Assembly (NCBI GenBank): GCA_054600435.1
Contig: BAAIJX010000020.1
Location: forward strand, 1 to 64,000
DNA from: Neophaeotheca triangularis
Lineage: Eukaryota
Direction of reading: 5' to 3'
Length of the DNA stretch: 64,000 nt
The position numbers and the translations under genes were made by a program. This document shows, in pieces, positions 12,218-23,929 of the stretch (position 1 is its first letter; every line of letters begins with the position of its first letter). The notes under the pieces were generated by a model. It searched no databases. It was given only the letters and a program-made list of their open reading frames with translations, and had not been told where the DNA came from.

Positions 12218-13446
12218 ATTTAACCGACTTAGTCTGCTCTCGGCCGATGCGGACCCTTTCCAGAGTACAGTTCGATCTTTGGACCGATATCGTTGAACTC
12301 GCAACCCTGCCATGCTACAACATGCACTACAAGCCAGATCCGGACCGCTTTTTTCGGCGTGAAAGGCACTGTTGAGGCGATGTGTGGGAGGTGCTCTCCA
12401 GGAAGGGGTGGGTGATGGAGGCCGGGGGTCCCAGATACGTTACGTACTTTGAGCAAAAGTCAGCAAGAGATGGGCACAATCAGACGACGATCATTTGCAA
12501 CTGAGCCTCGAGCTCCATAGCTTTCCATGTGAGAGAACAAGACACAAGCATCCTGCCTCGCGAATCGTCGAGATTCTGCCTTGCCTAGGTAGCCACACAT
12601 TGGATGCCCGCAAAAACTTATCTTCCGCCGCGCCAGGAGCTCCGCGACAATGTTGTGTTGACGACTCCCAGCTGTGCCAGAGATCGATCCTATGCGCGAG
12701 AGGAGCGTCTCAATAAGGCTCTCGACTGTGTCAACCCTCCTAGGAAATGGGAGTAGGTCTCCATCTGCAGGTCCCATTAAACTCACTACCTCCACGCAGC
12801 CTGACTGTCCCGCGCCGTAGCCTATCCTTCGGAGAGCCGGCAATTGCACGCGGCTCGAGATATGCGTCGGCGATGTGTGGTAGCGAGGAAGCATACGAAG
12901 AACACAACCTAGATGATCCGGATATAACGCCCCCAGCACCAACCCGATTGAACTATGTTCTGTCACTGCCATCAACCCCTGAGCTCACGCAGCTAAACCG
13001 CAATCACGAAGAATCGAGAGCCGTATGAATCTCGAGAAGACTCAGGTGAGTGAAAGAGTGGCAAGAGTTGGTCGTCTATCTACGTCTTCGTTCACATTTG
13101 CAAGCTTTCCTTGCCGCTTGACCCTGCACCCTCATCAAGCCTCTGCAACGATTCGCATGACTCTCGTACACTGCACCCAGTCTCGCATCATGAAACCAAA
13201 ACTGCCTGAAGATGCGAGACCACGAGTCGAGCATGAACGGCCTCCTGACTCCCATCTTAGCCTCGATATCCGCAAAGACCAAAAACAGAGAAGCACCACG
13301 CTATCAAGACAACACCGTCAAACCAAGAACGCCTCGCTAAACCCGAAAACCTCCGGAACCCAATACGATCGCGCAGTTCCGCAATTCCGCAAGCCCTCAA
13401 AACCAAAAATCCAAAACTTAGAAACCTCTCACACGTGATGTCCACG

Positions 13447-15147
13447 TTACGAAGTCCCATTCAACTTCAGCATCCTACGCAAACTGTCTTCCATAGCGCT
13501 GACGTCTTTGCCCGGAGCGCTACCGTTTGTATGCTGGCTCGGAGCGGTAGATTCTGAAATCTGGTTCGAGTAGGATTGTAGCGGTTGCTGTTGCGGTTGC
13601 TGATGCGGTTGCTGTTGTGGATGCGAAAAGGGGAGCTGTGGCGGCGGCCCCGAATCGCGAACGCTCTGGTCTAGAAATTGCCGTGAAAAGATATAAGGGT
13701 CCATGTGCCCACTCTGTCGATTCTGCTGTGGGCCTTGCTGCGACGGGAATCGCTGTGAGTGATGCTGTTGATACGGCTGTTGCGACTGCGGTTGCGGTTG
13801 ATGCGCCTGCTGAGGACTAGCATACCCGTGACCCTGGCCCGAGGCATTCGAAACCCGTGGCGACATTCCACTTGCACCACCAATGTTAGCAAAAGCTGGA
13901 AAAGGTATTGAATTGCTGGAGGGAGTGTTGTCTACTTCTTGTCGCAGACTAGAAGGGCGTGAGGGCGTCTGGCTGTCAAGGCCGTTGCCATTGCCGCCCG
14001 TGCGTGTGGAACGGAAGAGGGGCGAGAGGTTCTTGTTGCCGTATTGAAGGGCGTAGTGTTGGGATTGGGCCTCGCTGGACGGTGGCCCGGCGGGGTTCGG
14101 GCGGGTCGTGGGGGGTGAGGGCGTGCCGAAGGGTTGGCCTAGGTTTTGGGCTCGGTGGGAAGATTGTTGTGGTTGCTGAGGTGGCGGCGTTTGAGTGGGA
14201 GAGGCAGGCGCGTCTCCTGTCATCAGCATGGCTTTCAGACTGCGCGTCATGGCTTCCTTTTCTTCTTCGATATTTCTTGCGCCGTCGACTTGCGGGACTT
14301 GTCCTGGGCTGGATTGCGCGCGTGATTGTGATGGTCTAGTCTCTTTCGGCCCAACGGTCTTCGGGCTCGGCGCATTATCACTATCACCGTCTAGTTCGCT
14401 GAGAAAGACGCTGCGACCATTCTGCGCAAATGGGTTCCTCGGCTCAGTCGCAGGTGGTGCGCGCGTTGCATTCTCCGGTGACAGCATACCTCCTGCTTGA
14501 CTCCTCTTCCTGTCCTTCTCCGCCTTGTCCGCTTTGAAAAACATGTCCAACGGTGACTGCTGCTGTACCCCACTAGGTGACACGTGGTCTGGGCCAGGCG
14601 AGACCTTCTGCTCAGGCGTCTTCTCCCCTTCCATCCTCCCAGCCAAACTCGGTTGCGTGCCTTGGGGTGCAGCGTTGGGTACACTCTTGGAGAAGAATTT
14701 GGGCATAGGAAGCGAGCTCGCAGCGGGTGAGGCCTGGAATGTCGGACCGGCGTAGGCTTGCTCCTTTGCGGGTGTCGTAGGTAGCATCGATCCGCCCATA
14801 GAAGCAGGTCTATTGTTCTTCTGCGCGCTTGGCATGTTCTGACCGATCTGCTGCGCACTGTTGTAGGGAACACTTTGTCTTTGTTTTGCTGGGGTCTGCC
14901 TTGATGATTGGGGGTTCGTGACTGAGTCCGACATGCTGCCGCTGTAGTCTGGCTGACCTTGCGAGAAGCTTTGATTCGGCTTTTTGCGGTTATTGCGCGG
15001 TTTAGTCTGGCCTTGCTGTTGCTGTGCGGCTGAAGGAGTCCGCTGACCCTTATTGCTATTGTTGTTGTTGTTTGGCCGCGCTGGCGATCCGTTCATGGCT
15101 GCCGGTCCTGTCGGGGCAGACAAGTCTGAGCTATAGGGATGCGACAT
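13447..15147 (-). CDS. Edc1/PNRC-type mRNA decapping activator (disordered, Q/P/S-rich)
   Basis: YAGPTFQASPAASSLPMPKF matches the Edc1/PNRC2 decapping-activator plus Dcp1-binding proline motif; 566 aa, no intron. Confidence 0.75.
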   Translation of the reverse strand: MSHPYSSDLSAPTGPAAMNGSPARPNNNNNSNKGQRTPSAAQQQQGQTKPRNNRKKPNQSFSQGQPDYSGSMSDSVTNPQSSRQTPAKQRQSVPYNSAQQIGQNMPSAQKNNRPASMGGSMLPTTPAKEQAYAGPTFQASPAASSLPMPKFFSKSVPNAAPQGTQPSLAGRMEGEKTPEQKVSPGPDHVSPSGVQQQSPLDMFFKADKAEKDRKRSQAGGMLSPENATRAPPATEPRNPFAQNGRSVFLSELDGDSDNAPSPKTVGPKETRPSQSRAQSSPGQVPQVDGARNIEEEKEAMTRSLKAMLMTGDAPASPTQTPPPQQPQQSSHRAQNLGQPFGTPSPPTTRPNPAGPPSSEAQSQHYALQYGNKNLSPLFRSTRTGGNGNGLDSQTPSRPSSLRQEVDNTPSSNSIPFPAFANIGGASGMSPRVSNASGQGHGYASPQQAHQPQPQSQQPYQQHHSQRFPSQQGPQQNRQSGHMDPYIFSRQFLDQSVRDSGPPPQLPFSHPQQQPHQQPQQQPLQSYSNQISESTAPSQHTNGSAPGKDVSAMEDSLRRMLKLNGTS

Positions 15148-15996
15148 GATGGTAGTGGTCTTGGTGAAGTGATAAGAACGGCCTTATCTTGGAGGGAGCT
15201 GATAGTGCGGCCAGATGATAGTCAATGTCTGTGGGTTCGTCGAGGCGGTATTGGCTACGGTAGACATTTGGGTGTTGATGGGGATAAGACAGCGAGAGAT
15301 GTGTGGTAGAGGAAGCGACCGGTGTAGTGGCTTCTTCCGTGAGTAGTAGGGGTAGTGATTGTTTGCGTCTTGTCTCAGTAGAAGAGTCAATACTTGATAG
15401 AACGTCCGGAGGTAGCTGGAGGTCAGTGTCGTCGCGCTGCGCCGTGACGAAGTCGAATTGACTGACGTTCCCTTGTTGATTGTGGCTGATGCCCCTGCTG
15501 TCCAAAGCCACAAGACCTGACGCAACTGTGGCGTCGACTGCCGGAGGTATAGATAGATAAGATAAGCACCTGCAGGCAGCTTCACCTTAACCACATGCAT
15601 GCAGTTGATTAGAAACACCTCGACATGCCGACTCTGCGACGCAACACCAACTTCCCAGTACCATCTCTACCATAGCTTGGAAGCTTCATAGAACGCCGAC
15701 AACCAGACATCTTCCTTCACGAGTCCAACGGTACGCCACTCAAAGTTTCAAGCCAAAACAACGCACACCTTCCACTAACATCTTCACCGCGCAAAGACCA
15801 CGACCCCATCTACGCCCTCAAGAACACTCTCGGGGACCACTACCTTCCAGTTCTCTACATCAAACACTGCGCACGGCACCTCCTCGAAACAGAATTTCGC
15901 ATCAGACTCGAGCAAGGGACACAAGGCTGGCACGTTTGGCAAACACAGCAACGACGCAAACGAAACCGTGATTTCCAACAAGCATTAATCAGAGCC

Positions 15997-16482
<486 letters not shown>

Positions 16483-16964
16483 GGGCATGGTCTGGGACAC
16501 CGTCACGCAAAGCTAGCAAATGTGTCCGCGAGCGAGGCTGAGCGAGCGAGGTGCGAACCCGAGACATCGCCCGCCCCTTGCTAGAAGGCTTACCCTTCCC
16601 GGTTATGTTGGTTGCACAACGGGTTGACGAGGAGCATGAAGAAAAAAGGAGCGAAAGATTAGCTGAAACAATGAAGATCACGGGCATGGGCAATGGCGTA
16701 TGGAGTAAAAAGAGCATGCATCAATATCCACGTCTTCTCAGTAAGCCGTGGCTAGCTTAAAAAGTAGTGCTCGCAGCCCTAAGGAAACAATATGACACCT
16801 TCCAAACCCCTCTTTCTGGGGAAAGATGCCATCCCTCTCCCAAAGCGCCAGTAACACCTCGCTTACAAGCCCACCCTGGATGAACCAATCCCCGCACCCT
16901 CTGACCGGCCATAGCATCGCGGCCCCTTTCCCAACCACTCTTCCCCTCCCTCCAAACCCCCTTT

Positions 16965-17336
16965 TCAACTAGCCACAACCCTCACATCCCCGTACCCGCT
17001 CGCCCCCTTAGCCGGTGGCAACCACTTCTCCGGCTTCCGATTGTAGACCGGCCACGGCGGCACAACCACCAAAAACGCCAATCCCGTGCCTCCCAACCCA
17101 ACATACAGGGTTTTGTAAATGTCGCCCGAGATGTAGCCGGCGAAGAAAGCGAGGAGGCCGGTAAGTGTTAGGAGAGTGTATTGGAGGGTTTCGGCTAGGG
17201 ATTGGCCTGCGAAGTCCTAAACGGGGAGGAAGGGGGGGTTAGTGAGATGGCTTGTGGGGTGTGGATGGGTGGATGGGTGGAGGTTTACGATTTCGCCTTC
17301 CCAGATTGTGCGGGCTTGGTCGAGGAGGGCGTCCAT
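16965..17336 (-). CDS. SPC1: Signal peptidase complex subunit Spc1/SPC12 (exons 17336-17289, 17216-16965)
   Basis: MDALLDQARTIWEGEI|DFAGQSLAE...LAFFAGYI...LVVVPPWPVYNRKPEKWLP; two TM helices; in-frame GT-AG intron; missed by the ORF track. Confidence 0.9.
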
Positions 17337-18458
17337 GGTTTGTTGTGAGCTGGCTGTTCTTGGTGCAGGTCGAGTTGCGGTTGGCTTGTTGGAGTGAGTC
17401 TGCTTCTGTGGCTACTAAGATACCTACTTGGCTCTATAGCTTGCTGCTGCCAGCTGGAGGTGTTTGAGTGAAGTGTGGAACTGCGGGAGGGACTAGACAC
17501 GCTAATGCACGTCTAATCTGGGGACGTTTGAGCCTCTTCTTTGAGCTTATGTCATCAGGTAAAGGAGACGTGAGGCGCAGGAGTGTGCAAACGTCGTGTA
17601 ACCCGAGTCGAGTCTGGATCTTGGAGTTCGAGATTGTCTCACTTTGTCGTGGTGGACTGAAAAGGAAAGCAGACCTTGATGTGAAGAGATTTCTATCTCA
17701 AAAGAGGTTCAGTCAAGTATCGCTTAGACTGGCACGTGCAACAGTCGTTGGTGTATAATGTCACCTCACCGTTTGGGCCCTGCAGTGGCCCTGTAAGTTT
17801 GTGAGGCTTTTACGGCTGCGGCTGGAGCTCCGCGCAAGCCTTTACATAACTCACTCCCTTTCTTTCCGCTTGTGACAATACTGCTTCTTCTTCTTCTTCT
17901 CCTCTCCCTCTTCACCATACACTTGTGTATACATTACAACCTCTGCCAATTTCACACCAATCCAACAAATGGACAACCATTGACTATCCGACCTTTTACA
18001 CCACGATACCGACTCCACCCGATACCGAACCCACTCGCCGCCACTACTCACTGAAGAGTTGAAACTGGCTGCGACACCCCCAAACGCACACTGCCTTCCT
18101 TTCTCGCCGCTCGAGGAAGACGACCGTCGCAAAGGCGACTCATACTCCAACACCACCAAGTTGGCGGGGCTCCAAGTTACCGGGTTCTCCCACGTCCGCC
18201 CGTTGCTCGGACCTGTCTGGTTCGGGGGCGACATCAAGCAGCCGCCATAACTGGGCCGGCCATACTACCGTAAGCTAGGGATACGAATGATAGAATTTGA
18301 GGGACTCTAGAGTATAGACGGCGCAAATTCAATGGGCTAAGTGCATTCACTGAATAGAGTGATTGCTGAGGAAATAGGAGGTCGAGAACAGCGGGATCGA
18401 TCGCTGCAAGGAAATACACATCGTTGAACAAAGAAGGTTAACTCCGACACTCGCTACA

Positions 18459-20501
18459 ATGTCTTACACGCCGCGCTCCCAATCGCGCCCGAACACCAGG
18501 TTCAGCACGCCTGAGCCGGAATTGGATGACCACCGTCACCAGGAAGAGAGCCTCCCGCTCGCTAATGAGGACCGTCAGGGTCACCGACGCGGTACCCTCG
18601 CCAGTCTCGCGGAAGGAGAAAGGCCGAACATGCAGCAGCTTGCCGTGCCGGGCCCGGAGGAGTTTGGATCGGTCTCAAGGGACTTTGAGCAGGCAATCGT
18701 GGACGATGACAAGAGCGTGAAGTCCAACAAGTCCACGGGCTCAAACAGATCGCAGATGTCGAAGAAGAGCCACCGATCTGCGGATGAGGACTGGCACCGT
18801 GACCGTCGAGGCTCACACAGCCCCATTGTGGCCAGGCGCAGCACTTTTCGACAGGCTGTCCGCAACCGCGGCCGCGACATGCGAAGAGCTCAGGGTTCAC
18901 GCGAGTCTTCAAAGTCTCGCTCGACATCACCGCCAAACTCGGTCGATGCCTTTGCGCCTCCGAAGAGGGGACGTGCGGGTACCATGAACAGTCATGCAAG
19001 AGGCTCAATAGATGAAGCCACTCTGCAGCGCACTGCCAGCAATGTCAGCAATGCTTCGAGTCAGCCTCGCACTTTCAGAGGCACTGCCGGTCAGCGCACG
19101 GATGTTGCATCTGTCCGGAGCTCCGTCGAGGAAGATGTCTGCTTTCCCCCGGAAGAGGCGAACAACACTTACACCATCGACTTCGAGGACCTTGAGGAAT
19201 TCGTCGCTCAGGAGCATGACAAGACGCCGGTCGCTCACCCTTTCATGCCAAACTACGGCCAGCAGCCGGTCGAAAAGCGTGTCTTTCCCGATTTGACCAA
19301 GAGTGCAGCAGCAGGCAATGTACCAATTGACGGTATCGAGAAGTACGGCAACGACACCGATCTCGCATCGGCCATGGACCGCAATGAGAAGGAAGCCGGG
19401 TTGGCGTCCTCTTCAGAAGACGTCAGCAAGGTTGCTAGCAACTCCCCGAAGCCCAACCGCTTCACATTCTTCTCCTCGGAAATTGACGAGACCATTCACG
19501 CACCCGAGCTCGGCGGTCTCCTCATGCCCGGCGAGACCTTCCGCGACATCTTCGAGCTCGGCCCTGAAGGCGGTGTCTGGTGGCTCGACATGCTTAACCC
19601 AAGCGAGGAAGAAGTCTTCGCCATCTGCGGCGCCTTCCGCGTCCATCCCCTGACCCGCGAAGACATCACGACCCAAGAAACGCGCGAAAAAGTCGAACTC
19701 TTCAAATCGTACTACTTCGTCTGCTTCCGCAGCTTCTACGCCGTGGACAAGACCTCGGAAAACTACCTCGAGCCCATCAACGTCTACGCCGTCGTCTTCC
19801 GCGAAGGCCTGCTGACCTTTTCCTTCTGCACCAACCCACACGCCGCCAACGTCCGCAAGCGTATCTCCCGGCTCCGCGACTACGTCAACCTCTCGGCCGA
19901 CTGGATCTGCTACGCCCTGATCGACGAAATCGTCGACGCCTTCGCCCCCGTCCTCCGCGACGTCGAACACGAGACCGAAAGCGTCGAAGACGAAGTCTTC
20001 ACCGCGCGCTTCGAAGACTCTCGCGCCGTGCTCATGAAAATGGGCGACATTCGCAAACGCGTCATGTCGCTGATGCGCTTGCTCGGCGGTAAAGCCGACG
20101 TCATCAAGGGTTTCGCGAAAAAGTGCAACGAGCAATACTCCATCGCCCCTCGCGGCGACGTCGGCCTCTACCTCTCCGACGTCCAGGACCACGTCGTCAC
20201 TATGATGTCCAACTTGACGCATTTTGAGAAGATGCTGTCGCGCAGCCATTCCAACCACTTGTCGCAGATTTCGCTCAATCATATTGAGCAGGGCAGTCGT
20301 GCAAACCAGTTGCTCAACAAGGTTACGGTTCTCGCTACGATTCTGGTTCCGCTCAATTTGATTGCTGGGTTGTTTGGGATGAACGTTGAGGTTCCTGGAC
20401 AGCACGCTACCGGGCTCGGGTGGTGGTTTGGCATTATCGGGATTATTTTCTTTGTTACCGTTAGTGCGCTGTCGATTGCTAAGAAGCTGAGGTGGATTTA
20501 G
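18459..20501 (+). CDS. ALR1: CorA-family Mg2+ transporter, Alr1-like
   Basis: RFTFFSSE..ETIHA, WWLD, HPLTREDI..QETREKVELFKSYYFVCF, DWICYALIDEIVDAFAP, GLFGMNV (GMN) between two C-terminal TM helices. Confidence 0.9.
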   Translation: MSYTPRSQSRPNTRFSTPEPELDDHRHQEESLPLANEDRQGHRRGTLASLAEGERPNMQQLAVPGPEEFGSVSRDFEQAIVDDDKSVKSNKSTGSNRSQMSKKSHRSADEDWHRDRRGSHSPIVARRSTFRQAVRNRGRDMRRAQGSRESSKSRSTSPPNSVDAFAPPKRGRAGTMNSHARGSIDEATLQRTASNVSNASSQPRTFRGTAGQRTDVASVRSSVEEDVCFPPEEANNTYTIDFEDLEEFVAQEHDKTPVAHPFMPNYGQQPVEKRVFPDLTKSAAAGNVPIDGIEKYGNDTDLASAMDRNEKEAGLASSSEDVSKVASNSPKPNRFTFFSSEIDETIHAPELGGLLMPGETFRDIFELGPEGGVWWLDMLNPSEEEVFAICGAFRVHPLTREDITTQETREKVELFKSYYFVCFRSFYAVDKTSENYLEPINVYAVVFREGLLTFSFCTNPHAANVRKRISRLRDYVNLSADWICYALIDEIVDAFAPVLRDVEHETESVEDEVFTARFEDSRAVLMKMGDIRKRVMSLMRLLGGKADVIKGFAKKCNEQYSIAPRGDVGLYLSDVQDHVVTMMSNLTHFEKMLSRSHSNHLSQISLNHIEQGSRANQLLNKVTVLATILVPLNLIAGLFGMNVEVPGQHATGLGWWFGIIGIIFFVTVSALSIAKKLRWI

Positions 20502-21574
20502 GGAGGGGAACGAGGGTTGCTATGATGGGTGAGGAGTGTTTTTTTTTTTTTTGGAGGGCGCGTGGCAGGATTGGTGGCGGTGCTGGGGGTCCTTGGGCTG
20601 CTGCATGTAATGTCGTCGATGGAGTGCCGCGGGCGTCCGAGGGTTGGATCACTGCGTTTATGCAAATGCTTTAATTTCGGTATGTCAACAAACTCGCTTT
20701 TTGAAAGCCTTCTCCTTGAGACTGTCGACGTTATCTCTCGATGTTTGCGTCGGGCGCTTATGGCACAGGGATAGAGGGAACCCTTTTGATCAGTGGTAGG
20801 TGATTGCACACATCTGCTGTGTTGACGGCCTTGAACGCTTTCTAGTCGATGTAGTGTCACGGGGCAGATTCTCGGGACTATCGGTATAGTAGGTGGGAAA
20901 GGATCGGTGAGGTTCGAAAGATTGGGCTAAGCTAGAACGGGTAAAGACGAGAAAATCGACTGCCTTTCTTCATTCAGCCGCGCGGGCACACTTTGTAGGA
21001 TATTGTAAAATTATCGAAAAGCATAAGACTACAGATGTGTTCCCTCTGAACGGGCAAAGATTTAAGCTTGAGTACAAGACAACAGACACAACGGGTCGAA
21101 TTCCTGGGTGGTCATCCCCGCGAAAACTCATCAGACAGTCTCACGAAACTCCGAGGCTCCTGTCGTCGCTCTCTGAATGGCTTATCACCACTAACAGCGA
21201 ATCTCCTGAGGCCACCGTGAGCCTTGTGCCGCCCGCTATGAGGTTAGAAAGCTGGCAGAGGGTGCCTCTAGTTACGACTTGAGCGGACCAGGTCACTCCC
21301 GAGGTTTGGTACCTTTTAGGTGAGTGGCTGTGATTTCTCCATCGACGTCACTCCATAACTCAAAAGCTTCTAAGGTTAGCGAGTATCCGAGCACACCTAG
21401 GTGACGAGCAATCATTTATGATTATGGCAAGACAACACAGCCTCGTTGCTTCAAGCGAAAAGGCGACGAATAAGTAAGAGAGTATATCCTTCACTCGCAT
21501 AACAAGCCAAATTTTCGTGAACTCGACTCCGTCTAAGGGAAACTAGAATTGTCAACGATCAAACCATCAAAACA

Positions 21575-22501
21575 ATGTCAACCACAAAGACACCGCTGCT
21601 CCCTAACAAAGGAGGCGTAACCAGCGACGACAGCGATAGCGTCTCCATCGATTCCCTCGACTCCATCGACGCTCCTTCATCAAATAACAAGCATACCACA
21701 GCCCCCGGTTTTCCAACTGACGCCTCCGGCCTGGTCCCCAACGGCACAAGCCTCCTGGTCAGCCGCACAGGCTCCCGCTGCAAATACACGGGCTTGGTTT
21801 TCACGCTGCCCGAAACCTATCAACAGAGCTACGTTGCCGAGTTTCTCAACTGCAACGCCAGCGCCAAACGCAACGAGATAGTCCTGCACCGTGGCGGCGT
21901 CGACGGAGAGCCAAGCGGGCACGACGGCGATGTCGTCGGGGCGATCAATTTCCACCATTGGCTGCAGGACCAAAGCCGGAGCGTGGAAATCAGCGTTCCC
22001 GGCGGCGGCGACGGCGGCGCCGTTATTGATGCGCCCGAAATCAGTACCGGCAGCGGCAGCGAGGGAGGGGGGGTGGCTAACGCTGCTCCAGTCGCGGGCG
22101 ATCGCGGCGGCTCCGAAATCATCGCCGAGATCAAACGGCCGCACGTTGCTGCCAAACATTCGTTCTCGCTGGGAGGGCGGGAGATGACTTGGCGCCAGAG
22201 CAAGGGGGAAGGGGAGCGCAAAGTGCGGCGGTTTTACCAGCGGCATTTGAAGTGTCAAGACAGCGAGGGGAGGGAGGTGGCGACTTTTTTCCTTGAGAGC
22301 TATCGGGGCAAGGGGGAGGAGAGGACGGTCGGGAGGTTTGAGGTTCAGCAAGAGGGGGGTTTGGAAAGGGACGTGGCTGAGGCGTTGTTGCTGACGTTTG
22401 TGGCGGTTTATATCAAGTTGAGGAAAAGGGCGGGGCAGGGGATGCAGGCCGGGAACTTGGGGGGGTTGGTTACGACCGCGTTGTATGTCGCGCAGGGCTA
22501 G
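21575..22501 (+). CDS. Hypothetical protein, 308 aa (pattern recalls fungal DUF6593/tubby-LOR-like proteins)
   Basis: Good start context (AAACAATG); GC3-rich coding-like ORF; HSFSLGGREMTWR, LKCQDSEGREVATF, C-terminal hydrophobic helix followed by KLRKR; family call tentative. Confidence 0.65.
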   Translation: MSTTKTPLLPNKGGVTSDDSDSVSIDSLDSIDAPSSNNKHTTAPGFPTDASGLVPNGTSLLVSRTGSRCKYTGLVFTLPETYQQSYVAEFLNCNASAKRNEIVLHRGGVDGEPSGHDGDVVGAINFHHWLQDQSRSVEISVPGGGDGGAVIDAPEISTGSGSEGGGVANAAPVAGDRGGSEIIAEIKRPHVAAKHSFSLGGREMTWRQSKGEGERKVRRFYQRHLKCQDSEGREVATFFLESYRGKGEERTVGRFEVQQEGGLERDVAEALLLTFVAVYIKLRKRAGQGMQAGNLGGLVTTALYVAQG

Positions 22502-22918
22502 AATTTCCTGGCGATGGACACGCCCGCCTTATCATAACGAAGTAGAGAGGCGGGCCATTAGCATTATGGTAAATGATCACGTATGAATCTTGCTTGTTGT
22601 ATTTATGACTGCCTTTAGATCCTCTAAGCCACAGCCACATCCGAACTAAACGATCACAGAGATCTTTCTAGCTTACCTCAAAATATCGTTACGTTGTCAA
22701 TACCTATTCGTACGGATAAGACAAGGGATCCAACTCGCAGAGACTTGGAAAAGACAGACAACTACCTACCTAAGGAAAGGAAAGGAAAGGATATATTGTG
22801 ATTTGTAAGCAAACCGGCCCAGCCGAAAGCGCGCACGGACTCTATCAAAAAGCTTCCCCAGCGCACAGCTTCACTAAAGGCCTAAACACGCACGGAAAGC
22901 CACCAAGTTTTTTTTGAA

Positions 22919-22924
22919 ATATAT
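22919..22924 (+). promoter_or_regulatory. TATA-like element at -29 of the 5S gene
   Basis: ATATAT at -29..-24 of the inferred 5S start, the position described for Neurospora 5S genes. Confidence 0.5.
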
Positions 22925-22947
22925 TGCATCAGCCCACCTTCATCTTC

Positions 22948-23067
22948 AGATACGACCATAGCTCAATGACAACTAGCCGATCCCGTCCGCTCTCGGGTAC
23001 TCAAGCATTGAAGCGGGTGATTAGTACTACGGTGGGTGACCACGTGGGAATCCCACCTGTTGTATCT
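22948..23067 (+). rRNA. Dispersed 5S rRNA gene
   Basis: 120 nt; ATACGACCATA start, TCCCGTCCGCTC loop, TTAGTA..GGGTGACCAC..GAATCCC..CTGTTGTAT; terminal helix AGATAC/GTATCT; GCTCAATG/CATTGAAGC and CCGA/TCGG pair; followed by an oligo-T Pol III terminator. Confidence 0.93.
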
Positions 23068-23087
23068 TTTTTTTTTCTCTGCCAAAT

Positions 23088-23151
23088 TCAAGCATTGTAG
23101 CGGGTGATTAGTACTACGATGGGCTACCACATGGGAATTCCACCTGTTGTA
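23088..23151 (+). pseudogene. 5'-truncated tandem copy of the 5S gene (3' half)
   Basis: 58/64 identity to 23001-23064 at an 87-bp offset; GTGA tetraloop changed to GCTA; followed by a T-run. Confidence 0.88.
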
Positions 23152-23929
23152 ATGGTTTCTTTTTTTTGGTTAGCTCTCGGCTTGGGTCCTTTTCGCAACC
23201 ATTACCTCCCTCTATTGCTTTTGAGGCTTCTTAGGTCAGTAGTGACTCTGCTCGATGAGATATAATGAGTAGTCTGAGTGCACGAGTGGAGAGTAGAGCT
23301 ATCAGATATCGTTTTACGTTTCTTTTTACAAGAAGCCTCGGTCATTGCAAGCGTCCGCTGATGTTCACTTGTTCAAGAATCAAGAAGCTCTAGATTGATC
23401 CACCAAATCCGAGTGCGCGGAGCGCCACTCGTGCCGTAGAAGCCCGATAGACGGTCCCGAGTAAAAGAAAACTTGTAAGAGATGAGCGATGAACGACTGC
23501 CAGGAAAGCTTCTTGAGGGGCTCCTTTAGCAGCCATGGCTAACCGCACACGGTGTGTACCGCGCTTAAAGAGGCCTTCGGCACCATGTGCAGCCTCGTTG
23601 CAGGGTGTAGTGGTCTACGAAGCACAAGGCTACAGATTGGCGCCCTTCAAGACAGCAAAAACGAAGCCAGCGATCGCATGAAATAGTACGGCAAGTAGGA
23701 CTCTTGCGTAGTCACCTTCCGTGGTACTAGTCACTCGCATCGGTATTTGAACATGGGTAGAACGGACGGCAACCTGCGCTGAGCAAAACTCGAGTCATCC
23801 GGCTTCCGAGCGTTCCTATAGCTCCTCAAACCTCGTGGTGAGCCATTCAGATGATGTTTCGTTAAAGAGGAGATCGCTCTCCTTAAGCGTCGTTGGGGCA
23901 CGTATCTCTGGCTACTTTCCCTACTCTGG

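Noticed and set aside
12460..13438. Short ORFs downstream of the NLR as a possible effector or amyloid partner
   Set aside because: No HeLo/HET/SesB or amyloid-like motif and no consistent gene model
15731..15996. Open frame upstream of the RBX1 ATG with an intron-like segment (15731-15796)
   Set aside because: No in-frame ATG before an upstream TAG; best read as a 5'UTR intron
19413..20405. Long antisense ORFs over ALR1 (similarly over CaMKK, BDP1, the 21.6-kb gene and the GMQ protein)
   Set aside because: Expected shadows of GC3-rich coding sequence
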